Shown: positions 40,617-51,389 of the stretch, piece by piece
How positions within the stretch are numbered: position 1 is the stretch's first letter
Layout of the letters: each line of letters begins with the position of its first letter
Assembly (NCBI GenBank): GCA_021163365.1
Contig: JAGGWW010000006.1
Span: forward strand, 4,123 to 68,122
Direction of reading: 5' to 3'
Origin: Nanobdellota archaeon
Lineage (GTDB): Archaea; Nanobdellota; Nanobdellia; CSSed11-243R1
Length of the DNA stretch: 64,000 nt
Made by a program: the position numbers and the translations under genes
The notes under the pieces: model-generated
The model's input: the letters and a program-made list of their open reading frames with translations, nothing else
Told to the model about the DNA's origin: nothing
Database searches by the model: none

Positions 40617-40985
40617 TTGGTTCTTTTTATAATAAATAAATTTTTTAATTCTTATATGAATCCAGTTACAACAACATTGTTTTTGGTTGGAATTGGAATA
40701 ATGGCTTACGCTCTATATTTATCAATTAAGTTAAAGGTTATCTTCAACTCTAGAAAAGCATGGTTTTCTTTTGGTGGAAAACTTAGAAAAGCTTGGGGAA
40801 TAATTACCTCTTTAATCTTTTTCTTTTTAACAAGTTATGTTATAATGGGTGTTATGCAAATAACAGGAATTGATTTGATTAATCCAGTAATGCTCACGTC
40901 AATAGTATTTGTTGTTGGTGCGACATTTGTTTTACTTGTTGTTTTTCTAAATTATGAGACATTTTCAAAGTTTGCAGTTCATTAG
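40617..40985 (+). CDS. hypothetical membrane protein
   Basis: 122 aa with 3 predicted TM helices. Confidence 0.35.
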   Translation: MVLFIINKFFNSYMNPVTTTLFLVGIGIMAYALYLSIKLKVIFNSRKAWFSFGGKLRKAWGIITSLIFFFLTSYVIMGVMQITGIDLINPVMLTSIVFVVGATFVLLVVFLNYETFSKFAVH

Positions 40986-41420
40986 TGGGTAATACACAAC
41001 ATCGACTGTGAATATTGAATTCGGATATTTTTTTCAATTGAGCATTAACTTCTTCTCCAAAAATTCTTACAAGTTCAGAATTGTTAATCTCTATTTTCAT
41101 AAACAATATTTTGAAAGAAAAAAGAATTCTTAAAAAAAGAAAAACCAATTCCTCCAGAATTCAAACCAAAACCACCACATGAAATTGTCCTTGAAGCTTG
41201 GAAAGACTTGTCGAAAAAATTGGATAGGATAGAAAGGAAAATTGATTTGCTTCTAAAGAAAAAGTAACCGACAAATTTATAAATAAAAAAATTTCTGATA
41301 AGTTCTGTGACGACGGCGGGAAGACATTGATTGTCTTTTCGTGATTGTCAGGATTGCCCTGGCAAGACTCTGACGATACCTGTTCCAGGTATAGAGTGAG
41401 GAGTCTTTTCCGTCCTGACA

Positions 41421-41462
41421 GCACCCTTCTTAAAAAGAAGCGTGCACGGAAGAAGGGTGGAG
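41421..41462 (+). other. intron-family hairpin element within the 16S leader
   Basis: GCACCCTTCTTAAAAAGAAGCGTGCACGGAAGAAGGGTGGAG is near-identical to the T-loop intron of tRNA-Asn (GCACCCTTTCTTAAAAGAAAGCGTGCACGGAAAG...). It lies in the processing-stem region upstream of 16S. Confidence 0.45.
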
Positions 41463-42335
41463 TCACTTGCCCTCTGCCGGTGCATTGCGTGCTGGCAAAA
41501 AAGAGGGAATGAGTAAACAGGATTTCCTGTTTATGATGTAGGAAGGCAACAAGTGAAAATAGGTTGTGCTCGAAAGCGACCGTTAACTCCAGTTGATCCT
41601 GCTGGAGATCACTGCTTTCGGAGTCCGGCTAAACCATGCAAGTCAGCTGGCAGGGTGCTGCTGGCGGCGAACGGCTTAGTAACACGTAGACAACCTGCCC
41701 TTAGGTGGGGGATAACTCCGGGAAACTGGAGCTAATACCCCATAGGTGTTGGATACTGGAAGGTTCCAACACTGAAAGGGCTTAGGCTTTCCCCTAAGTT
41801 CCGCCTAAGGATGGGTCTGCGGCTGATCAGGCTGTTGGTGAGGTAACGGCTCACCAAACCTAAGACCAGTAGGGGCCGTGAGAGCGGGGGCCCCAAGAAG
41901 GGCACTGAGACAAGGGCCCTAGCCCTACGGGGTGCAGCAGGTGCGAAACTTCTGCAATGCCCGCAAGGGTGACAGAGGGACTCCGAGTGCTCATGCATTG
42001 CATGGGCTTTTGCCAAGTGTAAAAAGCTTGGCGAATAAGGGGTGGGCAAGACCGGTGGCAGCAGCCGCGGTAATACCGGCGCCCCAAGTGGTGATCGCGA
42101 TTATTGGGCCTAAAGCGTCCGTAGCCGGTTTGGTAAGTCTCTGGTGAAATCCATGCGCTTAACGTATGGGCGAGCCAGAGATACTGCCAAGCTAGGGACC
42201 GGGAGAAGCCAGGGGTATTCCTGGGGTAGGAGTAAAATCCTGTAATCCCAGGAGGACCACCGGTGGCGAAGGCGCCTGGCTAGAACGGGTCCGACGGTGA
42301 GGGACGAAAGCTGGGGGAGCAAACCGGATTAGATA

Positions 42336-42381
42336 GACCCTTTCCGCTGACGCGCAAAGCGTCTACGGAAAGTCCTAAATA
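42336..42381 (+). other. 16S insertion 1 (putative intron) splitting universal GGATTAGATACCC
   Basis: GACCCTTTCCGCTGACGCGCAAAGCGTCTACGGAAAGTCCTAAAT lies between GGATTAGATA and CCCGGGTAGTCC. It is near-identical to the tRNA-Asn and tRNA-Ile D-loop insertions. Boundaries +/- 2 nt. Confidence 0.6.
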
Positions 42382-42468
42382 CCCGGGTAGTCCCAGCTGT
42401 AAACGCTGCCTGTTAGGTGTTGCACATCGTTCGACGGTGTGCAGTGCCGAAGCGAAGGCATTAAACAG

Positions 42469-42499
<31 letters not shown>

Positions 42500-42677
42500 T
42501 TCCGGTTGGTTTGCCTCGGGTGCAAGCTGACCGTGACAGCTTACTTAAAGGAATAGGCGGGGGAGCACAACAAGGGGTGAAGCCTGCGGTTCAATTGGAT
42601 TCGACGCCAGGAATCTCACCAGGGCTGACAGCATGATGAAGGTCAGCCTGAAGGGCTTACCTGAAGCGCTGAGAGGT

Positions 42678-42787
<110 letters not shown>

Positions 42788-43193
42788 TCGCCACTAGTTG
42801 CTATTTCCTATCTTCGGATGGGAAAGCACACTAGTGGGACTGCCTGCGTAAGCAGGAGGAAGGTGAGGGCGACGTCAGGTCAGTATGCCCCGAATGCCCT
42901 GGGCTACACGCGGGCTGCAATGCCTCAGACAATGAGATGCAACGCCGAAAGGCGAAGCAAATCTCCTAAACTGAGGCTCAGTTCGGATCGAGGGTTGGGA
43001 CTCACCCTCGTGAAGACGGAATCCCTAGTAACCGCGTTTCAGCATGGCGCGGTGAATACGTCCCTGCTCCTTGCACTCACCGCCCGTCATACCATTCGAG
43101 TTGGGTGGGGATGAGGCTTCCCCTTTTGTTAGATCTTCGGATCTGGCAAAAGAGGAAGTCGAATCCTTGCTCAGCGAGAGGGGTAAAGTCGTC

Positions 43194-43236
<43 letters not shown>

Positions 43237-43377
43237 TTTAATTAAAAGGGTGAGGCAAGGAAGAAATTCCTTGTGCACAACCTAACACGAGTTGTTGCCT
43301 TCCTACAAACCTTTCTCAAAAAGCGTGCTGAAAATTTTCTTAAAATTTAAATACAAGCATCAACTTCCCACAAATAT

Positions 43378-43899
43378 ATGCAATTTAGAAATATTCTTGA
43401 CAAAATTGGATACATCAAAGAAAAGATTAATCTTAAAGAATTTGTAACTCTGTTTGTCATTGTTTTAATCCCAGAAATAATGCGGCACATAGTTTATTAT
43501 CTTGCCCAATTGAAAACAAATTCTATTGATTTCATTGCAAGCTTTGAAACAAGAACAATTTATTCTGCCAGCTTTCCAATTGCAGGAATATTCGAAGAAA
43601 TTTTAATTGGTTTAGTATACATCACATTGTGGTTCAAATTCAAGAAGTTGAGATTTTTAACGTATGCTTGGATTGCTGATGTTGCTTTTGATTTCATAAG
43701 TGTGATTTCATTTTTGCTAATAGGTGCAACACCATTGCAACTTTTAGGATTGCCACTAAAAATCAGATTCCTTTTAAGAGAAATAGTATTCTTCTACTTA
43801 ATCACTGGTCCGCTTTTAATGAAATACAAAATCGATGTAAAGAAGTTTGCAATTGGAACAACTGCATTAGGAATTCTTACAATACTTCTTTCAGTATAA
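43378..43899 (+). CDS. hypothetical integral membrane protein
   Basis: 173 aa, multiple TM helices. Lies between 16S and tRNA-Ala/23S. Confidence 0.4.
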   Translation: MQFRNILDKIGYIKEKINLKEFVTLFVIVLIPEIMRHIVYYLAQLKTNSIDFIASFETRTIYSASFPIAGIFEEILIGLVYITLWFKFKKLRFLTYAWIADVAFDFISVISFLLIGATPLQLLGLPLKIRFLLREIVFFYLITGPLLMKYKIDVKKFAIGTTALGILTILLSV

Positions 43900-43937
43900 A
43901 CGAAATATTTATAAATAACTACTGATTAGTAGTAACT

Positions 43938-45245
43938 ATGGAATGGCATTTCCCTGTAAAAGAACTTGAGGGTGCTTTTAAAAAAGGCAATTATGAAGAA
44001 TATAAAAACACCCTTTCCAAATATTCAAGATATTTAGCTAAGTCCTTTGAGCTTTGTGAGGATAAAGAAAAGTTTAACACATATCTAATTAACATGGTTG
44101 GGTCAGACAACCAATTAGACAACTTAATTAATTTTCATCTAATGGCATTTTATCTTAAACAAGATAGAATATTAAAAAACAAAAAAATACCTTTAAAGAT
44201 TGCTCAAGAGGATTTAACAAAATTATTAGCATTAAAACAAGCAATAGAATTTCAAGAAAGTTCTCCAAATTTAGTTGAAAGAATAAGAAATTTAAGTTTG
44301 GGCAAAGGAAAAATAAAAGAATATTTTAAAAAACAATTTAATGAGTTTGCTAATGCTCTTGAAAAAGGAGAGGTTTCACTTTTTCATATGTTTTATGAAG
44401 AGAGCGAAGCTTACAAAAAACATTTTAAAATAAGCTGGAAAGAATTTGAAAGAGGTTATGAAGAAAAATGCGTTAAACAGCTTGAAGATATAACATTTGA
44501 AGAATTTCTTCAAGGGAATATTAATGATGAGGAAGCAATACAAACAATTTCATGGGTTGATGAATTTTTAAGAAGAGATACATACGATAATCAAAGATTG
44601 ATTGAAATTGTTGAAAACAATATAAATGGACTTAAGGAAATAGAAGATGAAAACATTTGCGGGCTTCTTGATGTAATTAAAGCGTTTATGAAAAAAGGTG
44701 AAATAAACCCAAAGCTTGCTTTTTCTATTTTAGAGTTTATCACAGACAAAGATATATCTCCAATTGTTAGAAATTATGGTTCTGATTATTATGAAGCTGA
44801 AAAACTTGTAAGGAGTATTGCAAACTTTGTTAATCAAGGAAAAATAGAGGATTTGGTTGATATAAATGACTCTATTGTTGAAGAAGGATATGTTTATGCT
44901 CATAAAGAACCAGAGTATATGGAAGAATCTTATGTTGTTTGTATTGATTTCAATACAAGTAAATTGCCAGAAGATTTAAAGAAAAAAGTAAAAGAGGTTG
45001 AAAGTGCAAAAAATGGTGCTTCTCTTCTTAAAAAGATGTATGAAACAAGACTTCAAGAAATAGAAAGCATTAGAAGACAAATAAGGATGGATTACATAAA
45101 GCAAAAAGATGAAAAAATTCTTAAAAAAATAAAAGAACTTGATGAAGAAATTGAAAATTATTATGCAAGAATAAACTATCTTGATGATGCTATTTCTGGG
45201 CTAAGAGATTTAAGCTTTGATTTAAGAAAAAGCAAAGATTTATAA
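43938..45245 (+). CDS. hypothetical protein (helical, acidic/Lys-rich)
   Basis: 435-aa ORF. No motif recognised. Confidence 0.35.
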   Translation: MEWHFPVKELEGAFKKGNYEEYKNTLSKYSRYLAKSFELCEDKEKFNTYLINMVGSDNQLDNLINFHLMAFYLKQDRILKNKKIPLKIAQEDLTKLLALKQAIEFQESSPNLVERIRNLSLGKGKIKEYFKKQFNEFANALEKGEVSLFHMFYEESEAYKKHFKISWKEFERGYEEKCVKQLEDITFEEFLQGNINDEEAIQTISWVDEFLRRDTYDNQRLIEIVENNINGLKEIEDENICGLLDVIKAFMKKGEINPKLAFSILEFITDKDISPIVRNYGSDYYEAEKLVRSIANFVNQGKIEDLVDINDSIVEEGYVYAHKEPEYMEESYVVCIDFNTSKLPEDLKKKVKEVESAKNGASLLKKMYETRLQEIESIRRQIRMDYIKQKDEKILKKIKELDEEIENYYARINYLDDAISGLRDLSFDLRKSKDL

Positions 45246-45268
45246 AAGCTTTCTCTTTCAAGTTTTTT

Positions 45269-46021
45269 ATGAAGTATTTACTTTTGAGTGACGTGCATGG
45301 AGCAGATTTAAAAAAAGCTTACAATCTTTTAAGGGATTCTGTTGATAGCGTTATAATTGCTGGAGACTTAGATAGAGCTTACATAGGAAGACAATTAAAT
45401 GAGATTTTAAAAGAAGATGGAAATTCAATGTTTGTTCCTGGGAATCATGATTTTGCTCATATTAAAAAACAAATGATTTATTCTGGAACATTGGAAAAAC
45501 AAAAAATATCATCTATAGATATGTGGATGGAGTGGATAGATGATGAAGAAGCATATGATTTGCTAAATTCAATTATTTCTAATAAATTTAAAAACAATTA
45601 TCCAACATATCGTGGGAGTGCTGGAAGAAAAATTTCTTTTTCTTTGGAAAGCGGAGGAAATGCAATTTTAATCCATGGTGGTTTAAGTGGTAATTATCGA
45701 GGAGAACCAGCTGACTTATGGTATAGATTGATAACTCAAGAAGATTACATTTCTAATTTTAAAATAATGGAGCAAACAAATCATAATCTTATGATTAGGG
45801 GACATGACCATTTTCCACGTTTAGCATATATAAATGGAAAAAATGAGCTGATAGTGCTTGGAACAAATGAATTGTTAAACAAAGAAATTCAAATAACGCA
45901 TGATTTGGTTTCAATTACAATTGGAGCATTGTTCAATGGATATTATGCGATATTAAATGATGAAGAGAAAAAGAGAACAATCACATTTAAGTTAAATAAA
46001 AATTTAGCCTTTAAGCGCTAA
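45269..46021 (+). CDS. metallophosphoesterase (calcineurin-like)
   Basis: LLLSDVHG, IIAGDLD, VPGNHD, IRGHDH motifs. Confidence 0.6.
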   Translation: MKYLLLSDVHGADLKKAYNLLRDSVDSVIIAGDLDRAYIGRQLNEILKEDGNSMFVPGNHDFAHIKKQMIYSGTLEKQKISSIDMWMEWIDDEEAYDLLNSIISNKFKNNYPTYRGSAGRKISFSLESGGNAILIHGGLSGNYRGEPADLWYRLITQEDYISNFKIMEQTNHNLMIRGHDHFPRLAYINGKNELIVLGTNELLNKEIQITHDLVSITIGALFNGYYAILNDEEKKRTITFKLNKNLAFKR

Positions 46022-46633
46022 CTCTTTAAAGAATTCTTTTAAGAATTGCTTCATAAATTTTGTTCTTTGTTTTGCAATTCTCTTTCCAGTTTTTGTATTC
46101 ATTAATTTCTCAAGCTGTAAAAGTTTTTCATAAAAATGATTTATACTTGTTTGCGAGCCTTTGTAATTCTTCAAGTTAATCTTTGGTTTAATCTTAGGAT
46201 TGTAAATTGGAACTCCAAGTTTTGCACCAGTTGCAAAACATCTTGCAATTCCAATTGCGCCAAGAGCATCGAGTCTATCTGCATCTTGAACAACTTTTGC
46301 TTCTTTTGTTTTTAATTTTCTTAAAACATTTTTGCTAAATGAAATGTTTTCAATTATGTAAGAAACTTGAGAAATTATATTTTCATCAAGATTTAAACTT
46401 TTCAAAAATTTTTCTGCAAGACCTTGCTTTTTGTTTACAAACTTGTAGTCTTCTAAATCGTGTAACAATGCTGCAAGCTCAACTACAAAAGTATCTGCTT
46501 TTTCTTCTTTTGCAATCTTTTTTGCAAGCTTCCAAACGCGGTAAGTGTGCCACCAATCGTGTCCTGATTCTTCGCCATCTAACTTTTGCTTTACAAACTC
46601 TTTTGTTTTACAAATGATTTCCTTTTTGTTCAT
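46004..46633 (-). CDS. HD-domain phosphohydrolase
   Basis: H...HD...D: HTYRVW ... LLHDLED ... DADRLDALG. Confidence 0.65.
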   Translation of the reverse strand: MNKKEIICKTKEFVKQKLDGEESGHDWWHTYRVWKLAKKIAKEEKADTFVVELAALLHDLEDYKFVNKKQGLAEKFLKSLNLDENIISQVSYIIENISFSKNVLRKLKTKEAKVVQDADRLDALGAIGIARCFATGAKLGVPIYNPKIKPKINLKNYKGSQTSINHFYEKLLQLEKLMNTKTGKRIAKQRTKFMKQFLKEFFKELALKG

Positions 46634-46670
46634 AAGATTTATAAATATGAAAAAGGGATTTAAACATTGT

Positions 46671-46784
46671 GGGCCCGTAGCGTAACGGTAACGCGCCCGC
46701 CTTGCAAGAGCCGGTGGCGGAAGTATCGGAACCGCTGTCGGTTCTGATCGCGGGAGACTTCGGGTTCGAATCCCGACGGGTCCA
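46671..46784 (+). tRNA. tRNA-Ala(UGC) with canonical-position intron (~42 nt)
   Basis: Acceptor GGGCCCG/CGGGTCC with G3:U70 (Ala identity) and discriminator A. Anticodon stem CCCGC/GCGGG with loop CTTGCA plus intron. T-arm TCGGG-TTCGAAT-CCCGA. Confidence 0.75.
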
Positions 46785-46790
46785 TTTTGG

Positions 46791-47042
46791 GTGATTAAGT
46801 TGGATGATTATGTTAATCCTGAAATTCTAAAAAGAACTGAAAAGAATATTGATTATTCTCAAAAAGAATTATTAGCTGAAATATACGAACTTGCTTCAGA
46901 AGTTCGCGAGCTAAGAACAGCTCTTTCAGAATTATATCAAGTTGTATTAAACAGAGTTATAGATGAATTAGAAGAACTTGAGCCAGAAGATGAAGAAATT
47001 GTGTTTCCAGAAATTCCAAATCGTAATATTTATAAACTTTAA
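46791..47042 (+). CDS. small acidic hypothetical protein in tRNA-Ala/23S spacer
   Basis: 83-aa ORF with AT-rich composition like the coding genome. Could be a real gene or a chance ORF in the spacer. Confidence 0.25.
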   Translation: MIKLDDYVNPEILKRTEKNIDYSQKELLAEIYELASEVRELRTALSELYQVVLNRVIDELEELEPEDEEIVFPEIPNRNIYKL

Positions 47043-49045
47043 AATTTCTCTTAAACAAAGGCTGATGATTTATGATAATAAAATAGTGCCTTGAGCACCA
47101 ATGGTTTTTTCTTGTGAGTCAGCCTTTTATGTGTGCTTCCTGATCATACGATCTGGAAGCAAAAGGCATCCTCTTAACATGTTCAGCATGTTAATGATGC
47201 CGTGCATAGGGGAGCACCAGAATAGGCACTACGCTGCCAGGTGGATGGCTCGGCTCAGAAGCTGATGAAGGGCGTGGCAAGCTGCGATAAGCCTGGGGTA
47301 GCCGCACGCAGGCTAAGATCCCAGGATTCCCGAATGAGACTTCTTGGCATGCAGTAATGCATGTCACTCGGGTTGGTGATGAGCTAACCCGAGGAGGAAC
47401 TCCGCGAATTGAAACATCTTAGTAGCGGAAGGAAAAGAAATCAATTGAGATGCCGTTAGTAGGGGCGACCGAAAGCGGCATAGGGCAAACTGAACCATAT
47501 ATCGCAAGATATATGGGATGTGGTGTTTGGGAGCTGCGTATGCCAACTTCAAGGTGAAGCTGAACTCTGCTGGAAAGCAGGGCCATAGAGGGTGATAGCC
47601 CCGTAAGCGTAAGCCAAGAAGTTGGCGCAGTTTCCAGAGTACGCGGGGTTGAGATTCTCCGCGGAAATTGGGGGGCAATAACCTCCAACCCTAAATACTC
47701 TCTGAGACCGATAGCGAATTAGTACCGTGAGGGAACGCTGAAAAGTATCCAGAAATGGAGGTGAAAAGAACCTGAAACCTGGCAGCTACGGTATGCTGCG
47801 GCTCAAAAGGCTACTTCCTGAGCGAAGCTGTCGAAAGGCAGTTTTAGCAAAGGAAGTAGTTCCAGGGTTGCAGCGTTCCTTTCGGATAAAGAGGCAGGGA
47901 GTTTGTCTCAGTGGCGAGGCTAAGCTCAATTAAGAGCGGAGCCAAAGCGAAAGCAAAATGCGCGCAATCAGGGTTCTGATGAGGCGCTGCGTACGAAAGT
48001 GCGCGTAGTCACTGGGACAAGACCCGAAACCGCACGATCTACGCCTGGCTAGGACGAAATGAGGGGTTTCTCCCTCATGGAGGTCCGTAGGGGTGCTGCC
48101 TTTCAAAGCGCTCCCATGAGCTGGGTGTAGGGGTAAAAGGCCAATCATGTGCGGTGATAGCTGGTTCCTCCCGAAATGAGTCTCAGCTCAGCCCTACCAG
48201 AGCTTGCTAAGGGGGTAGAGCACTGATTGCGTATGCAGGGGTCGAGAGGCCTCGGTACGCAGTCAAACTCCGAATACCTTAGCAGCTAAGAAGGTAGGAG
48301 TGGGGGCACTGGGGTAAGCTCGGTGTCCAAGAGCGGAACAACGCAGACTGGAGTTAAGGTCCCAAAATGCTGGCTAAGTGATTTCGAACTTTGTCACCAG
48401 CCACAGACAGCCGGGAGGTAGGCTTAGAAGTAGCCATCCTTTAAAAAGTGTGTAACAGCTTACCGGTCGAGGCTGTTGGCGGGGAAAATGGACGGGTCTT
48501 AAGCCAGCTACCGATACTCCAGACCAGGATCCTTTGGATCCTGTGTGGTAGGGAGGCGTGTCGCATGGGCAGAAGCTGGTTCGTAAGGACCAGTGGACCG
48601 TGCGATAATGAGAATCCTGCCGGTAGTAGTAGCCTAGATGGGTGAGAATCCCATCCGCCTTAAGAGCCAGGGTTCCTCGGCAATGCTTCGTCAACCGAGG
48701 GTTAGTCGGTCCTAACCCATGTGGTAATTCCAACATGGGGAAAGGGAAGCAGGTTAATATTCCTGCACCACCTGGATACGTTCGGCAACGAAGGCTTGCC
48801 CAGTGACGCTTGGGGATAGGCAGAGCAGCACCGTCGTGCTGTTTAACAGGGATAAGTCCGGGGAGTTCTGTAATGGAGAGATCCGGACTAAACCTGGAAT
48901 AGCTGGCGTTTGCCAGTTCTGCTGATTCCTCGAGCCCGTGAAAAGCTGGGCAAGAAGGAGTCCAGGTGTCCGTACCGAGAACCGGGACAGGTGTCTCGGG
49001 CTTAGAAGGCTAAGGCGTGTAGGGATAAGTCAGTCAAGGGAAATC

Positions 49046-49078
<33 letters not shown>

Positions 49079-49825
49079 TGCCTGCGACAGTGATTCGATG
49101 AGAATTGTTGTCGCAGGTCGCAGTGACTAGGGGGGCTGGACTGTTTAACAAAAACATAGCTGGTTGCTAATCCGAAAGGATTTGTACAACCGGCGACGCC
49201 TGCCCAGTGCCGGTATCTGAAACCCTGGTTCAACAGGGCTAAGGACCGGTAAACGGCGGAGGTAACTGTAACCTTCTTAAGCAAGCGCAATGCCTTGCCA
49301 TTTAAATGATGGCTTTGCGAACGGCGTAACTAGGTCCCCACTGTCCCTGACTGACACCCTATGAACACACTATTCTGGTGCAAAGGCCAGAGACTCCCAT
49401 TGGGACGATAAGACCCCAGGAGCTTTACTACAGCCAGTACTTGCGTTTCAGGTTTTGGTGTATAGCGTAGGCAGGAGACGTCGAAGCACCCACGCTAGTG
49501 GGTGTGGAGTCGCCAATGTAACACTGCCCACCTGGATCTGGAGCGCTAACTTCAGGGAAAACCTGAAGGACAGGTATTGGTGGGTAGTTTGGCTGGGGTG
49601 GCACGCCCGCGATAAGGTATCACGGGTGCCCTAAGGTCGGCTCATCCGGGTCAGAAATCCGGAGAAGAGCGTAAGGGCAAAAGCCGGCCTGACTGTGTGT
49701 CAGACAGAAAGACACGCAGGGGCGAAAGCCGGGCCTAACGAACCACAGTGCCCTTTTATTGAGGGCCTGTGATGACCGAAAAGCTACCCTGGGGGTAACA
49801 GAGTTGTCGCGGACGAGAGCTCATA

Positions 49826-49912
49826 CAACCTTTCTTTTGAGAAAAGAAACGTTGACGAAAGAAAATTCTCTTTGGTCAAGCTTTCTCTTTTCAAGAGAAA
49901 GGTTGGCGCATA
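49826..49912 (+). other. 23S insertion 1 (putative intron, ~87 nt) at the conserved GAGCTCAYATCGAC site
   Basis: AACCTTTCTTTTGAGAAAAGAAACG...GCTTTCTCTTTTCAAGAGAAAGGTTGGCGCAT carries two copies of the CTTTC..GAAAG hairpin. It lies between GAGCTCATA and TCGACTCCGCGG. This is the same region where archaeal 23S introns are known. Confidence 0.55.
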
Positions 49913-49968
49913 TCGACTCCGCGGCTTGCTACATCGACGTCGGCTCCTCCCATCCTGGCTGTGCAGCA

Positions 49969-50013
49969 AACCTTTTCTTAGAAAGAAAAGCTTTACCAAA
50001 AGAAAAGGTCTGA
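49969..50013 (+). other. 23S insertion 2 (putative intron or expansion) within the H93-equivalent hairpin
   Basis: ACCTTTTCTTAGAAAGAAAAGCTTTACCAAAAGAAAAGGTCTG lies between CCTGGCTGTGCAGCAA and AGGCAGCCAAGGG. ACCTTTTCTT is exactly complementary to AAGAAAAGGT. Confidence 0.4.
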
Positions 50014-50404
50014 AGGCAGCCAAGGGTACGGGTGTTCACCGGTTAAAGGGGGTCGTGAGCTGGGTTCAGTACGCTGCGAGGCAGTACGGTTTTTATCTAG
50101 TGGGAGTGTCGGCCGACTGAGTGGAAGGTCCCCTTAGTACGAGAGGAACAGGGGATCGGCGCCTCTAGTCAACCGGTTGTCCGACAGGGCAGACGCCGGG
50201 TAGCCACGCGCTAGCAGATAAGTCCTGAACGCATCTAAGGACGAAGCTGCTCGCGAAAAAAGTCGGCCATGGCGCGGGAGTAGAAGACTCCGTTGATAGA
50301 GTCGGGGTGTAATCCCGTAAGGGGCAGCCCACGACTACTAATAGCGCCAAGCCTATTCTAAATCCCCTATGCACGGTGTCATATTTTCATCTTTAGAAAG
50401 AATG

Positions 50405-51298
50405 CTAAACTTCATAGTTAATAGAAAACACAATGTTTGCTAGGGATGAAAATCTACGTAAGAGAGTTTTTAAGTAATACACCAAGATAGGATTATGAAT
50501 TTCTTTAAAAATGCTTAGTTGAACCTTAAAGATTTCTCTATCAATCTTGCTGAACTCTGACATATTGAAGGAAAACATTAACTCATACAGTCTTCTAAGA
50601 AAGTTATTGGCACGCTTGAGTAACTTAATAAATTTCGCATCTGTCTTAATATTGTTCTCAACTATGTTCTTGTAAAGCCATTTATATTCATCTGCTATTT
50701 GTTCTAAGCTAACACACAACATATAATAAAATGGCAACTTAGAGTAATGTTTGTGTCCTTCTTTTGATAGAATTCTTTGGCAAAAGTTAGTTAAGCGGTT
50801 TATACCTTTGTCTAGCGACTCTAAAGAACTTGGCTCTTTCTTTGTTGATACATTGTTATAACACTCCTCAGCCAGGTTCAACAACATAAGAAAAATTCTT
50901 CTGATAATTTGATTAAAATTCATAGAATAAGAAGTGGAAATCTCTTTCAGTAGACATCTATCTTTAGTTTGAGAGACAACTTCAAATCCAACAAGCCTTT
51001 GCTCAATAATTTCATCAATAATTCGCATGTCTTTTAGATTAATCAATTCTATTTCATCCACTCCCAAACGATAAAGCAAAGAAATGATTTTTATTAAATG
51101 TCTTCCAGCGTCTTCTGCATTTACTGTTGCTACAGTTGGAACTTCTTTTTTAGCACTTATAATAATTTTATTTCCTATTGTTTCAAGTTCAACTTTTTTT
51201 GTTTTGTCGAGTTTAAATTGCTTAATCCACACAATAGGAAGAGTAACCATGTATGACTTGCGATTCTTAGGGCCTTGGGCAATCAGCTTTTTTTCCAT
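50405..51298 (-). CDS. AbrB/SpoVT-domain plus PhoU-like regulator (putative)
   Basis: N-terminal swapped-hairpin-like segment SYMVTLPIVWIKQFKLDKTKKVELETIGNKIIIS. ~300 aa helical remainder, as in archaeal PhoU-family regulators. Confidence 0.45.
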   Translation of the reverse strand: MEKKLIAQGPKNRKSYMVTLPIVWIKQFKLDKTKKVELETIGNKIIISAKKEVPTVATVNAEDAGRHLIKIISLLYRLGVDEIELINLKDMRIIDEIIEQRLVGFEVVSQTKDRCLLKEISTSYSMNFNQIIRRIFLMLLNLAEECYNNVSTKKEPSSLESLDKGINRLTNFCQRILSKEGHKHYSKLPFYYMLCVSLEQIADEYKWLYKNIVENNIKTDAKFIKLLKRANNFLRRLYELMFSFNMSEFSKIDREIFKVQLSIFKEIHNPILVYYLKTLLRRFSSLANIVFSINYEV

Positions 51299-51389
51299 AT
51301 GTTTTAATATGTTTTATAACAATATAATTGTTTCGATTTAAATTATAAATATATCAAACGCATGTTATCAATTGGGGGGGCGATAAAAA

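Noticed and set aside
43100-43160. Hairpin CCCCTTTTGTTAGATCTTCGGATCTGGCAAAAGAGG near the 16S 3' end as a possible third 16S intron
   Set aside because: It lies at the tip of helix 44, a naturally length-variable region. It has no intron-family motif and does not disrupt conserved sequence.
47043-47100. GCTGATGATTTATGATAATAAA upstream of 23S as a box C/D sRNA (C box-like TGATGA)
   Set aside because: No convincing D box/C'-D' arrangement or guide region was found. It is more likely part of the 23S leader/promoter.
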